Assembly: GCA_002701645.1 (NCBI GenBank)
Contig: NZWP01000013.1
Location: forward strand, 778 to 64,777
Length of the DNA stretch: 64,000 bases
Source of the DNA: Fidelibacterota bacterium
GTDB taxonomy: Bacteria > Fidelibacterota > Marinisomatia > Marinisomatales > Marinisomataceae
Direction: 5' to 3'
Of this stretch, positions 48,554 through 57,015 are shown one piece after another. The notes below the pieces were generated by a model, which was not told the DNA's origin, searched no databases, and was given only the letters and a program-made list of their open reading frames with translations. Made by a program: the position numbers and the translations under genes. Each line of letters starts with the position of its first letter. Position 1 is the stretch's first letter.

Positions 48554-50461
48554 ATGAAAAAGATATATATTATGTTTTTACTTTCTTTAAGCGCAGTTTT
48601 TGCTCAAGTATCAATGAGCGATATTAATAAGCTGAGTAATCAACAATTAGATGCGATCAAGGCAGAGTTGCAAGCTAGTACAGAAACAACTATAATGGAA
48701 AGTGTACCAGCTTCAACGTCATCTGAATCGAATTCTGTTTCACTTACATCAACTACTGCGGCATTAATGACAGGAGATTATTTTGGGTATAATTATCTGA
48801 GAAAAGATATATCATTTTTTGATAATATTCCTACTCCAGCTGATTATAGATTAGGCCCGGGAGATGAGATTATTATATCATTATGGGGTGAAACAAATTC
48901 TAGAGAAAATTTGGTCATCAATAAAGATGGAATGATTTTTTATAATAATGTCGGATTTATCAATTTATCTAATCATACTCTTGAATCTGCAGAGCTAATG
49001 CTAAAAGAAGAACTCTCTCGAATTTATTCAACTTTAAAAGACGAAGACAATCCGACCAAGTTAATGCTATCGCTCGGGAAATTAAAATCCATGAATATTT
49101 ATTTTTCTGGACAGATTGAAAATCCAGGTATTAATCTTGTACATCCTTTTTCTGATATTTTTACAGCTATCATCCAAGCAGGAGGAATAAACGAAAATGG
49201 TTCTTTGAGAGAATTGCAATTAATACGAAATGATACAATAATTGCTAAGGTAGATTTTTACTCTTTTTTTATGGATGGAAAAAATCAATTTTCTAATATA
49301 AAACTTATTGATGGTGATATAATACATGTTCCAACTATTAAAAAGCGTGTTTCTATATCAGGTGAAGTAAAGAGACCTTCTTCTTATGAATTATTGAATA
49401 ATGATACATTAACAGATTTAGTAAATTATGCTTCTGGATTTACTAGCAATGCATCATCCAATCTTATTCTAGATAAAATTATACCTGTAGATCAAAGATC
49501 TTCTGATGATAATGCCAAATCTAGTATGAATATAAATTTTAAAAATGCCAAATTAGTAACTTTGAATAATGGCGATCGTGTACGGGTATTTTCTCTAAGT
49601 AATGTTAATTCAAAAGTACAAGTTTTGGGGCACATAAAAAATCCAGGACAATATTCAGCTATTAATTCTACATTACTGAATGTTTTAGATATCGCAGGAG
49701 GTTTTGATGACCCTGTATATAAACAAACGATTATCGATCCCGTTGTAGTATTGCGTAAAGATGCTAATCAATTTTATAGCGAAGAAATACATATACGATA
49801 TGAAGATGCGGGGAAGTTTAAACTAGAGGTAGACGATAAGATATTTGTTTATGAAAATACTAATTATAAACATTCTTTTACTTATCGTATCGAAGGTGAA
49901 GTCGCTAAGCCTGGTACTTATGTTATACACTCTTCTGGTCTAACAATAAGACAAGCTTTAGAATTAGCTGGAGGCTTAACAGAGTTAGGTTCCGAAAGCA
50001 CTCTTACTATACAACAAGAATTTACTTCCATTGATGAGTCCGGGAATACAGTCACCGATTCAGAAACTGTAAATAATGCTACTCTAGATTTTGAAATAGG
50101 GATTAATTCAGTAATTATCGCTGCGCCTCTTGAAAATGTTGTTCGAATACAAGGGAATGTATATAACCCAGGTCTAATTACATTTAAATCAGGAGTAAGA
50201 TTACCAGAGTATATTCAACTTGCTGGAGGCTATAAACCAGACACTCTGGCAGGAAAGGTTTATATCAAAAGAGCAAATGGTAATATAGAAAGAACCAGTA
50301 GGTTCTATCTTTTTGGAAAAAAGATTTATGCAGGTGATACAATTATAGTTCCTTTAGATCCAAACCCAACTAAGTTTGATACAGCAACATTTACTGCTGA
50401 CATATTAAGTGTTCTGGCAAATCTTGTAGCCATAGTGGCTATAGCTGATAACAACAATTAG
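48554..50461 (+). CDS. Polysaccharide export outer-membrane protein (Wza-like, multiple SLBB repeats)
   Basis: Signal peptide, Poly_export motif 'YRLGPGDEIIISLWGE', several 'V.V.GEV..PG.Y' SLBB-like repeats, and a hydrophobic C-terminal helix 'ILSVLANLVAIVAIA'. Confidence 0.75.
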   Translation: MKKIYIMFLLSLSAVFAQVSMSDINKLSNQQLDAIKAELQASTETTIMESVPASTSSESNSVSLTSTTAALMTGDYFGYNYLRKDISFFDNIPTPADYRLGPGDEIIISLWGETNSRENLVINKDGMIFYNNVGFINLSNHTLESAELMLKEELSRIYSTLKDEDNPTKLMLSLGKLKSMNIYFSGQIENPGINLVHPFSDIFTAIIQAGGINENGSLRELQLIRNDTIIAKVDFYSFFMDGKNQFSNIKLIDGDIIHVPTIKKRVSISGEVKRPSSYELLNNDTLTDLVNYASGFTSNASSNLILDKIIPVDQRSSDDNAKSSMNINFKNAKLVTLNNGDRVRVFSLSNVNSKVQVLGHIKNPGQYSAINSTLLNVLDIAGGFDDPVYKQTIIDPVVVLRKDANQFYSEEIHIRYEDAGKFKLEVDDKIFVYENTNYKHSFTYRIEGEVAKPGTYVIHSSGLTIRQALELAGGLTELGSESTLTIQQEFTSIDESGNTVTDSETVNNATLDFEIGINSVIIAAPLENVVRIQGNVYNPGLITFKSGVRLPEYIQLAGGYKPDTLAGKVYIKRANGNIERTSRFYLFGKKIYAGDTIIVPLDPNPTKFDTATFTADILSVLANLVAIVAIADNNN

Positions 50462-50466
50462 TAATC

Positions 50467-51207
50467 ATGAAATTAATTCTTCTCCGTCATGGTGAAAGTC
50501 AATGGAACCTTGAAAATAGATTTACGGGATGGAAAGACGTTGATTTAACTGAAGACGGAATTAATGAAGCTAAATTTTCAGCCCAACAACTTCTTAAAAA
50601 GAATATTACTATAGATACCTTACATACATCATTACTTCTAAGATCAACCAATACGGCTAAAATTATAGCAGATATAATCAGTTTTAATAAAGAGAATATC
50701 AAATATGATTGGCGTCTGAATGAAAGGCACTATGGTGCTTTAGAAGGATTAAATAAATCCGAAACAGCAGCCAAATATGGTGAAGAACAAGTTCATATAT
50801 GGAGAAGAAGTTATGATATATCACCACCATTGCTTCAAGAGGATGATGATAGACATCCAAGATTTAATAAAAAATTCAAAAATATTGATGGGAAACTACC
50901 TAAGGGTGAAAGTTTAAAAAATGTTATTGATAGGTTAAACCCATTTTGGAAACAATACATAGATCACATAAAGAAAAATACAGGTAATCATTTAATTATT
51001 GCTCACAGCAATTCATTGAGGGCTATTATAAAAATATTAGATAAATTATCAGATGAAGCAATTATCTCAGTGAATATTCCTACTGGTGTTCCTTTAGTTT
51101 ATACATTAGATAAAAATTTAAATGTTATAAATAAAGAATATTTAATGGATGAGGATGAATTAAAAACAAAACAAAAAATAGTAGTAAATCAAGGAAAGGC
51201 AAAATGA
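50467..51207 (+). CDS. gpmA: 2,3-bisphosphoglycerate-dependent phosphoglycerate mutase
   Basis: 'LILLRHGESQWNLENRFTGW', 'LNERHYGALEGLNK', 'AHSNSLRA', 'IPTGVPLVY', C-terminal 'NQGKAK'. Confidence 0.9.
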   Translation: MKLILLRHGESQWNLENRFTGWKDVDLTEDGINEAKFSAQQLLKKNITIDTLHTSLLLRSTNTAKIIADIISFNKENIKYDWRLNERHYGALEGLNKSETAAKYGEEQVHIWRRSYDISPPLLQEDDDRHPRFNKKFKNIDGKLPKGESLKNVIDRLNPFWKQYIDHIKKNTGNHLIIAHSNSLRAIIKILDKLSDEAIISVNIPTGVPLVYTLDKNLNVINKEYLMDEDELKTKQKIVVNQGKAK

Positions 51208-52145
51208 ATTTAGATTTTTCAGATATTAAAGTTCTATTAATTGGCGATTTTATGATAGATCATTATATCTTCGGTACATCTACTAGAATGTCACCAGAAG
51301 CACCAGTGCCTGTAATAATTCCAGAAAAAGAATATTCAATTCCAGGAGGAGCTGGAAATGTAGCTATGAATTTAGCTGCATTAGGCGCAGATATAACATG
51401 TTTAGGGTGTGTTGGTAATGATATTTGGGGCAAAAGTCTACTTTCAATATTAGAAAACAAAGGCATTAAAACTGAAAAGATAGAAATAATTGACAACTAT
51501 CCCACTACCTTAAAACAAAGGATTTATTTAGATGATAAACAGGTTACTAGGCTAGATACTGAAAAGATAATTAATTGGAAGCTTGATGATATCGACACCA
51601 GAAACTTGGTCAAAAAATATGATATTATGATATTATCAGATTATAATAAAGGAGTCTTAAACTTTGAGTCGTTTCTTATCAATATTGAACGTTCATATGA
51701 AAGTCGTTTAAAACATATAATTGTTGATCCTAAAAAAGATGATTTTAGTTATTATACTGGAGCAAATATTATTACTCCAAATTTAAATGAGCTTGCAAAA
51801 GCTACGACAATAAAAATTCATGATAACCAATCAATTGTAGCGGCCTGCAAACATTTAATTGAAGAACATTCTTTTGAATATATAGTTGCCAAAAAAGGTG
51901 ACAAAGGGATGATAGTTGTAGGTAAAGATAATTTTATAAAACATATAGATGCTCATTTTGTCAGTACCCCAGATGTTACAGGAGCGGGGGATACTGTAAT
52001 TTCTGCTTTATCACTTGCATACGCTCAAACTAATGACATAGAGTTTGCATGTAATATTGCTAATGCAGCAGCAGCTATTGCTGTAAGAAAACCTGGTACT
52101 AATACCGTTACTATTAAAGAAATAAAAGAATTATTGGCTAAATAA
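51204..52145 (+). CDS. hldA: D-glycero-beta-D-manno-heptose-7-phosphate kinase (HldE domain I only, HldA-type)
   Basis: 'VLLIGDFMIDHYIFG...RMSPEAPVPV', 'PGGAGNVAMNLAALGA', 'TGAGDTV'. 313 aa with no fused adenylyltransferase domain. ATGA overlap with gpmA. Confidence 0.85.
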   Translation: MNLDFSDIKVLLIGDFMIDHYIFGTSTRMSPEAPVPVIIPEKEYSIPGGAGNVAMNLAALGADITCLGCVGNDIWGKSLLSILENKGIKTEKIEIIDNYPTTLKQRIYLDDKQVTRLDTEKIINWKLDDIDTRNLVKKYDIMILSDYNKGVLNFESFLINIERSYESRLKHIIVDPKKDDFSYYTGANIITPNLNELAKATTIKIHDNQSIVAACKHLIEEHSFEYIVAKKGDKGMIVVGKDNFIKHIDAHFVSTPDVTGAGDTVISALSLAYAQTNDIEFACNIANAAAAIAVRKPGTNTVTIKEIKELLAK

Positions 52146-52472
52146 TTTCTTTCTAATTTTTGTAGCAGAAATTTCACCAATATCAGAAGGAGGAACATGT
52201 TCAATAATATCATAACCTACACCTCTTCCATAATTTACAGACTCAATATCTGGTATAATTATTACTCTTACTCTTTTAGCGTCAATTAGATCTTTTAATT
52301 CTTTTTCAACATTGGCTTTAACATCTTGAGGGTTGTAGGGATTACTATCATTTTTACTTACCTCTCTGACACATATTAATATATTTTTATTTTGATTAAG
52401 ACGCTGGTCAATTAGCCATCTATGTCCATCATGCCATGGTTGCCACCTACCTATAAACATTGAGTATTTCAT
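52131..52472 (-). CDS. Minimal HxGH-motif nucleotidyltransferase (cytidylyltransferase/NMNAT-like, 113 aa)
   Basis: 'FIGRWQPWHDGH' (HxGH) near the N-terminus and 'ISATKIRKK' (ISxTxxR) near the C-terminus. Overlaps hldA tail to tail by 15 nt. Confidence 0.6.
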   Translation of the reverse strand: MKYSMFIGRWQPWHDGHRWLIDQRLNQNKNILICVREVSKNDSNPYNPQDVKANVEKELKDLIDAKRVRVIIIPDIESVNYGRGVGYDIIEHVPPSDIGEISATKIRKKLFSQ

Positions 52473-52497
52473 TATAATTTATCTCCCTTTTTTTGTT

Positions 52498-53778
52498 TTA
52501 AAAGCTTCGTGAAATTACGAGCCCTGTACCTATTTTTTTATTATCATTTGCTATAAATAATCCAATATTGAAATTATTATTTATTTCTTTACCAATAGAG
52601 ATTTGATATTGAAAACTATCACTAATACTAGTTCTTCTTCCAAATTTTATTTCATAATAATTGGATAGAATTTCACCATTAATACCAAAATGTATTACAT
52701 CAACTTTTTCAAGTGGCCAATTTGGATAGTCTTCTGGAACAGGCAATTTAATATATGGATTACCTAATATATAATTATTGTAACTCCATCCTAATCTATA
52801 ATGATAATGATAATAATATAATTTCTCAAAATGATTCGGATTTCTAAATTGATTTGATGTGACTAAATATTCAATCAAAAGATTAGTTTTCGGAATATAG
52901 TTTATTAACTCTAAACCCCATAGACCATCAAATCTATTTTTAAATCTTAATCCGCTAGTATCTTCAAAAATATGTTGATAGTAAAACTTGGTTAACCTTT
53001 CATTGTTTGTTTTTTCAAATATAAAATCCCATATCGCAACATGATTTCCTAGTGCATTTTGATGTGATCCTTCATGTGAATCAAATCCATCTCCTGCTGT
53101 AAATATTTTTAAAAAATCTTTAAAAGAGTGAGAAAAAGTTCGACCATCATAACCATCTCCATCTGAATATGCACCACCCCACATTGCTTCATGAACCAAT
53201 CCCAAGCTAATTCTATAGTTATTATTTTTTATGTGCATATAAATAAATTTCTCGTGAAGCAACGGAGCTTTAGTATAATAGTTTTCTTTTTCAAAAAAAC
53301 CATGTGCTATTCCACCTTCAAATGTTAGTTTGTTAAACTTTTCTATATTTTTTGATGTCACAAGACCAATTTTTGGCATAGGTCTTGCGTTGTGGCTTAT
53401 CAACATATGCCCAGAACTAAGGTTGTCATTTAAATAATTACTAAAATCTCTATAATATCTTCCCATGCGTAAAAATGTTTTATCTGAAAAATTGTATTTA
53501 ATAAATGATTCATTAAGATAAATTTTTTCTGAATCATCTTGAGCAAGAATATTAATTACATAAGTAGTTTTTGATGTTTTTAATTTCCAACTACCTCGAA
53601 AATCAAAATTAGCAGGTTTTATTCCAAAGTTATTTTTTTCTAACCACCAATAATCTGAATCTGTAGGATTTGATTTGATTTTAAATGTTAGTTTTTGTTC
53701 CTGAGCTACTAATGTTGTATTTAATACTAAAATCAACATTATTAGAAATGAGATTTGATTATTTTTTCTAATTAACAT
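52498..53778 (-). CDS. Capsule assembly protein Wzi-like outer-membrane beta-barrel
   Basis: Signal peptide. 'SSGHMLISHNARPMPKIGL', 'ALGNHVAIWDF', 'YYQHIFEDTSG' resemble Wzi-family motifs from memory. Ends with an aromatic residue ('SRSF'). Confidence 0.55.
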   Translation of the reverse strand: MLIRKNNQISFLIMLILVLNTTLVAQEQKLTFKIKSNPTDSDYWWLEKNNFGIKPANFDFRGSWKLKTSKTTYVINILAQDDSEKIYLNESFIKYNFSDKTFLRMGRYYRDFSNYLNDNLSSGHMLISHNARPMPKIGLVTSKNIEKFNKLTFEGGIAHGFFEKENYYTKAPLLHEKFIYMHIKNNNYRISLGLVHEAMWGGAYSDGDGYDGRTFSHSFKDFLKIFTAGDGFDSHEGSHQNALGNHVAIWDFIFEKTNNERLTKFYYQHIFEDTSGLRFKNRFDGLWGLELINYIPKTNLLIEYLVTSNQFRNPNHFEKLYYYHYHYRLGWSYNNYILGNPYIKLPVPEDYPNWPLEKVDVIHFGINGEILSNYYEIKFGRRTSISDSFQYQISIGKEINNNFNIGLFIANDNKKIGTGLVISRSF

Positions 53779-53783
53779 TGACT

Positions 53784-54239
53784 TTAATTTAACTGTTTAT
53801 AGCAATCTATAATTTTAGTAGTACATTCTTGGATTGTGAGTAGACCAGTATCTATTTTTACAGTCTTTGGATCGGTAGGCATTTCATAATCTTTTGCAAA
53901 ATAATCTTCTCTACCTCTTATTTCTGAAGTATGTAAATAAATTTCTAAAAAAGGAAACTCATTTTTTAGCTCATCTCGTAAAAATTTGTATGGTGCAACG
54001 ATAGAAACTACACAAAGATAATTTTTATTTGCTAAAAATCTCATAATAGAAATCGCAGTAGATATATTTTTAATTCTACCTTCTTTAGAATAATCCTTAT
54101 TCTTATTTATACTTCTCAAATCATCGCCATCTAAATTAATAACATCCAAATCTGGTTCTTCTTTTTGAATAGATTTTATAAAAGAATTAGCCAGCGTAGT
54201 TTTCCCACTTCCAGGTTGGCCTGTTAACCAAATAATCAT
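53784..54239 (-). CDS. Adenylyl-sulfate (APS) kinase-like protein, short form
   Basis: 'IIWLTGQPGSGKTTLA', 'LDGDDLRS', 'KEGRIKNI', 'SIVAPYKFLRD', 'FLEIYLHTS'. It lacks the CysC N-terminal extension and most of the lid segment. Confidence 0.75.
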   Translation of the reverse strand: MIIWLTGQPGSGKTTLANSFIKSIQKEEPDLDVINLDGDDLRSINKNKDYSKEGRIKNISTAISIMRFLANKNYLCVVSIVAPYKFLRDELKNEFPFLEIYLHTSEIRGREDYFAKDYEMPTDPKTVKIDTGLLTIQECTTKIIDCYKQLN

Positions 54240-54400
54240 ACTATTCTCCTTTCTGATATAAAATTATCAACACAGTATTTAATTCCATCTTCTAGTGATG
54301 TAAAATTTGTAAATCCAGCTTTTTTAATTTTTGTCATATCTCCCTCAGTAAAATTTTGATATTTACCAATAAATCTACCAGCCCCTGTAATTAAAATCAT
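54236..54400 (-). pseudogene. 54-codon ORF: head-plus-tail relic of an NAD-dependent epimerase/dehydratase
   Basis: Hand translation gives MILITGAGRFIGKYQNFTEGDMTKIKKAGFTNFTSLEDGIKYCVDNFISERRIV*. The Rossmann start 'ILITGAGRFIG' is joined in frame to a typical SDR C-terminal tail ('..K..GF......LEDGI...V.NF'). It is below the track's size cutoff. Its TGA overlaps the APS kinase ATG (ATGA). Confidence 0.5.
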
Positions 54401-54407
54401 AATAATT

Positions 54408-56120
54408 TCACTTTAATAAACTATTATTTGAATCTTGTTTTTTTATATAAAATTTCCAATCCATAACTTCAATAGCTGTATGTTTTCTGATATCAAAGGA
54501 TTGAAATTCTTGATTAGGTAAAACTCTTTTTTCAATGCCGTTTACTAATAAACCCATTGGCATAATAAAATTATCATTGACATTATTCCATTTGTAATAA
54601 AAGCTTGAATCTGTTTGATAATATTCAAGTGCAGGTTGATTTGGGGTATAAAAATATTGTTCTGAAAAATATGAATAGTCATCGCCGGTTTTCTCTTTAA
54701 CTTTATCAAAGAAATCTTCTGTGCTTACATGACCTTTTGCATTTTCAACCATAAATTCTTTTAGTATTGCAAACCAAGCAGGGTCATCATTTATAACACT
54801 TCTTAAAGTATGCATTACCCAAGCACCTTTCATATAAGTATCACCATTTAAAGCCCAATAATTTTCATTTTCTGGACCTACAATAGGTATTTTGTTTTGA
54901 ATCCTTGCTTTAATACTCTTTAAGTAATCAACACTTACTGGATAGCTATTGAATTTATCTTCAAAATATAATGCTTCAGAATAGACTTGTAATCCTTCAT
55001 GAATCCAAATATGTGTTGGATCGATTGCAGTAACACTGTTTCCAAACCATTCATGCCCACTCTCATGTATAATTAAGGGATCAATCACTCCATACATAGC
55101 CCAACTGTCGCTCCTGACACCATTATAAATACTAAATCCGTTGCCATAGGTTACAGCCGACTGATGCTCCATGCCTAGATATGGTGCTTCAATCAGTTTA
55201 TATCCATCATCCCACCATTGGTAGTCCCCAAAATATTTTTCATAGAAACGAATAATTTCTTTTGATTGCACGAAGTAGTTTTGTGCAACTTCTTCATTAT
55301 AGTCTAAAACATAATGGTTCATATAATGCGTTGTATCTTCTTTTATAAATGTATCTTGAACAGCAACATAATTTCCAATTTGAACAGAGATATTATAATT
55401 ATTAATCGGATTGCTAACAAACCACTCATAGGTAGTTTTATTATTTTCTTTTTCTATCACACTCTTTAGTTGACCATTAGCAACGCTCACTAAATTAGAT
55501 GGTACAGTAAAAGCCATTCTAACGCTATCTGGCTCTTCAGAAATATGATCTTTATTAGGCCACCAAATTCTTGCCCCTTCACCCTCACAAGAAACTGCTA
55601 CCCAATCTCTATCATTCTTATCTTTAGCCCATGTAAATCCTCCTGACCAAGGTGGATTGTCAGCGCTTTGAGGTGTCCCATTATAATGAACTGTGAAATC
55701 AAATAATGTATCTTTATTTATAGGCTGGTTAAAGACTACCATCACAGCATCTTCTTCTCGACTATATTCAACAGAACTGTTTTGATGAATAATTTTTGTA
55801 ATATTTAAATTTTTAGCTAGATCTACTTGTAAAGTATCAATATCATTAAGGCTTTTTGCTTTGATTGTTACAAATCCATCGATTGATTTTTTTTCAATAT
55901 CAAAATCTATATTAATATCATAATATGTTACATCGTATGAGCTACGATATTCATTTAAAAACCCCATCAAATAATTATTGCGAGTTAATTCAGGTGTATC
56001 TGTCTGAGAGCCATGAGGCCTAGATTCATTTGTAATCGAATTGAGCTGATAATTAGCTAATAGCGCAATGACTGCATAGCCAATTACCATAAAGATAATT
56101 ATTTTATATTTTTTTTTCAT
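54408..56120 (-). CDS. M1-family zinc metallopeptidase, membrane-anchored
   Basis: N-terminal TM 'IIIFMVIGYAVIALLA', exopeptidase-like 'GMEHQS', zinc site 'HESGHEWFGN...WIHEGLQVYSE' (HExxH-x18-E). The start at 'MKKKYK' (56120) is preferred; 56153 is possible. Confidence 0.85.
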   Translation of the reverse strand: MKKKYKIIIFMVIGYAVIALLANYQLNSITNESRPHGSQTDTPELTRNNYLMGFLNEYRSSYDVTYYDINIDFDIEKKSIDGFVTIKAKSLNDIDTLQVDLAKNLNITKIIHQNSSVEYSREEDAVMVVFNQPINKDTLFDFTVHYNGTPQSADNPPWSGGFTWAKDKNDRDWVAVSCEGEGARIWWPNKDHISEEPDSVRMAFTVPSNLVSVANGQLKSVIEKENNKTTYEWFVSNPINNYNISVQIGNYVAVQDTFIKEDTTHYMNHYVLDYNEEVAQNYFVQSKEIIRFYEKYFGDYQWWDDGYKLIEAPYLGMEHQSAVTYGNGFSIYNGVRSDSWAMYGVIDPLIIHESGHEWFGNSVTAIDPTHIWIHEGLQVYSEALYFEDKFNSYPVSVDYLKSIKARIQNKIPIVGPENENYWALNGDTYMKGAWVMHTLRSVINDDPAWFAILKEFMVENAKGHVSTEDFFDKVKEKTGDDYSYFSEQYFYTPNQPALEYYQTDSSFYYKWNNVNDNFIMPMGLLVNGIEKRVLPNQEFQSFDIRKHTAIEVMDWKFYIKKQDSNNSLLK

Positions 56121-56301
56121 AATAGGTAGTTGATTGGAACATATTTTTAGCAAAAATAATATAGTACAGCAGAATACAAAATAAAAACCAAAGAACTATA
56201 GCAAAAGCTTCCTTTATTACAAATAATATATAGGCAATAGCAAAATATACTATCCATTTTATCCAGTTAGGTTGGTTCCATAGCTTTAATAATAAATTCA
56301 T
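56104..56301 (-). CDS. Small two-helix membrane protein (65 aa)
   Basis: 'WIKWIVYFAIAYILFVI' and 'IVLWFLFCILLYYIIFA' form two hydrophobic helices. ATGA overlap with the upstream sulfotransferase stop and a 17-nt overlap with the peptidase start. No family recognised. Confidence 0.4.
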   Translation of the reverse strand: MNLLLKLWNQPNWIKWIVYFAIAYILFVIKEAFAIVLWFLFCILLYYIIFAKNMFQSTTYYEKKI

Positions 56302-57014
56302 CGTTCTGCAAAATAATACAATTTGTTATAATAATCTAATGCTTCATCATAAATTGATTGATATTTTTTATCTAACTCGCTTTGATTTGCTGAAAACTTC
56401 TGAAAATGAGTCGTGGTAATAACATTATCATACCAATGCTTCCACCAAATACCATCTTGAGGATGATTTCCTTTCTGCCATTTCAACATAGAAATATCAA
56501 ATTCTAAATTAATACTTCTGCACCACTGCGATAATATTTTTTCAGGGTTATTAAGTAGAATATTGGAATCAACCACAATAAATTTTTTACCAATACTATC
56601 TAAATATCTCATGATTTTATATTGCTGAGGATATCCCAGCTCATCTACATGATTGAGAGTATTTTTCTTCACATAAGAGTTTATTACATCTTTAGGATGG
56701 CGAATTAAAATACAGTTTTCAAAATTTTTAATCCAATGGATGTTATTTAAGTCAATTAAATGATGTGCCATATGTTTCTGATACCAATGTTCTTTGCCAT
56801 TAGGTATTTCAGAACTAAGACTTGTAACTACATCATCATATTTATTAGGATAATGCTCAATAATTTCTTTATACATTGGATGTTTTAACTCCTGCTCTTT
56901 AAGGTAATAAGCATAAAAAGGTTCATCTGAAACAAATGAATCACTTCTAGATGACCAAGATCTCATAAGTGCAGTAGATATATTTCTTGGGCCTGACCAA
57001 CAAGCAATTTTCAT
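56298..57014 (-). CDS. PAPS-dependent sulfotransferase-like protein
   Basis: N-terminal 5'-PSB-like loop 'WSGPRNISTALMRS' and 3'-PB-like motif 'LIRHPKDVINSY' (compare RxPKDVxVSYY of sulfotransferases). 238 aa. Confidence 0.65.
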   Translation of the reverse strand: MKIACWSGPRNISTALMRSWSSRSDSFVSDEPFYAYYLKEQELKHPMYKEIIEHYPNKYDDVVTSLSSEIPNGKEHWYQKHMAHHLIDLNNIHWIKNFENCILIRHPKDVINSYVKKNTLNHVDELGYPQQYKIMRYLDSIGKKFIVVDSNILLNNPEKILSQWCRSINLEFDISMLKWQKGNHPQDGIWWKHWYDNVITTTHFQKFSANQSELDKKYQSIYDEALDYYNKLYYFAER

Positions 57015-57015
57015 G

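Noticed and set aside
50467-51207. Idea that the histidine-phosphatase-fold gene coupled to the heptose kinase replaces the missing GmhB phosphatase
   Set aside because: The protein is a canonical dPGM along its whole length, including the 'RHGESQWN' motif, 'LNERHYGAL' and the C-terminal 'NQGKAK' tail. Ordinary glycolytic GpmA is therefore the parsimonious call. The coupling is noted only as context.
56109-56120. Run of 9 A/T at the M1 peptidase start (ATGAAAAAAAAATAT) as a possible slipped-strand phase-variation tract
   Set aside because: Homopolymeric A/T runs of this length are frequent throughout this AT-rich window, and lysine-rich N-termini are common before TM anchors. There is no evidence of length variation from a single sequence.
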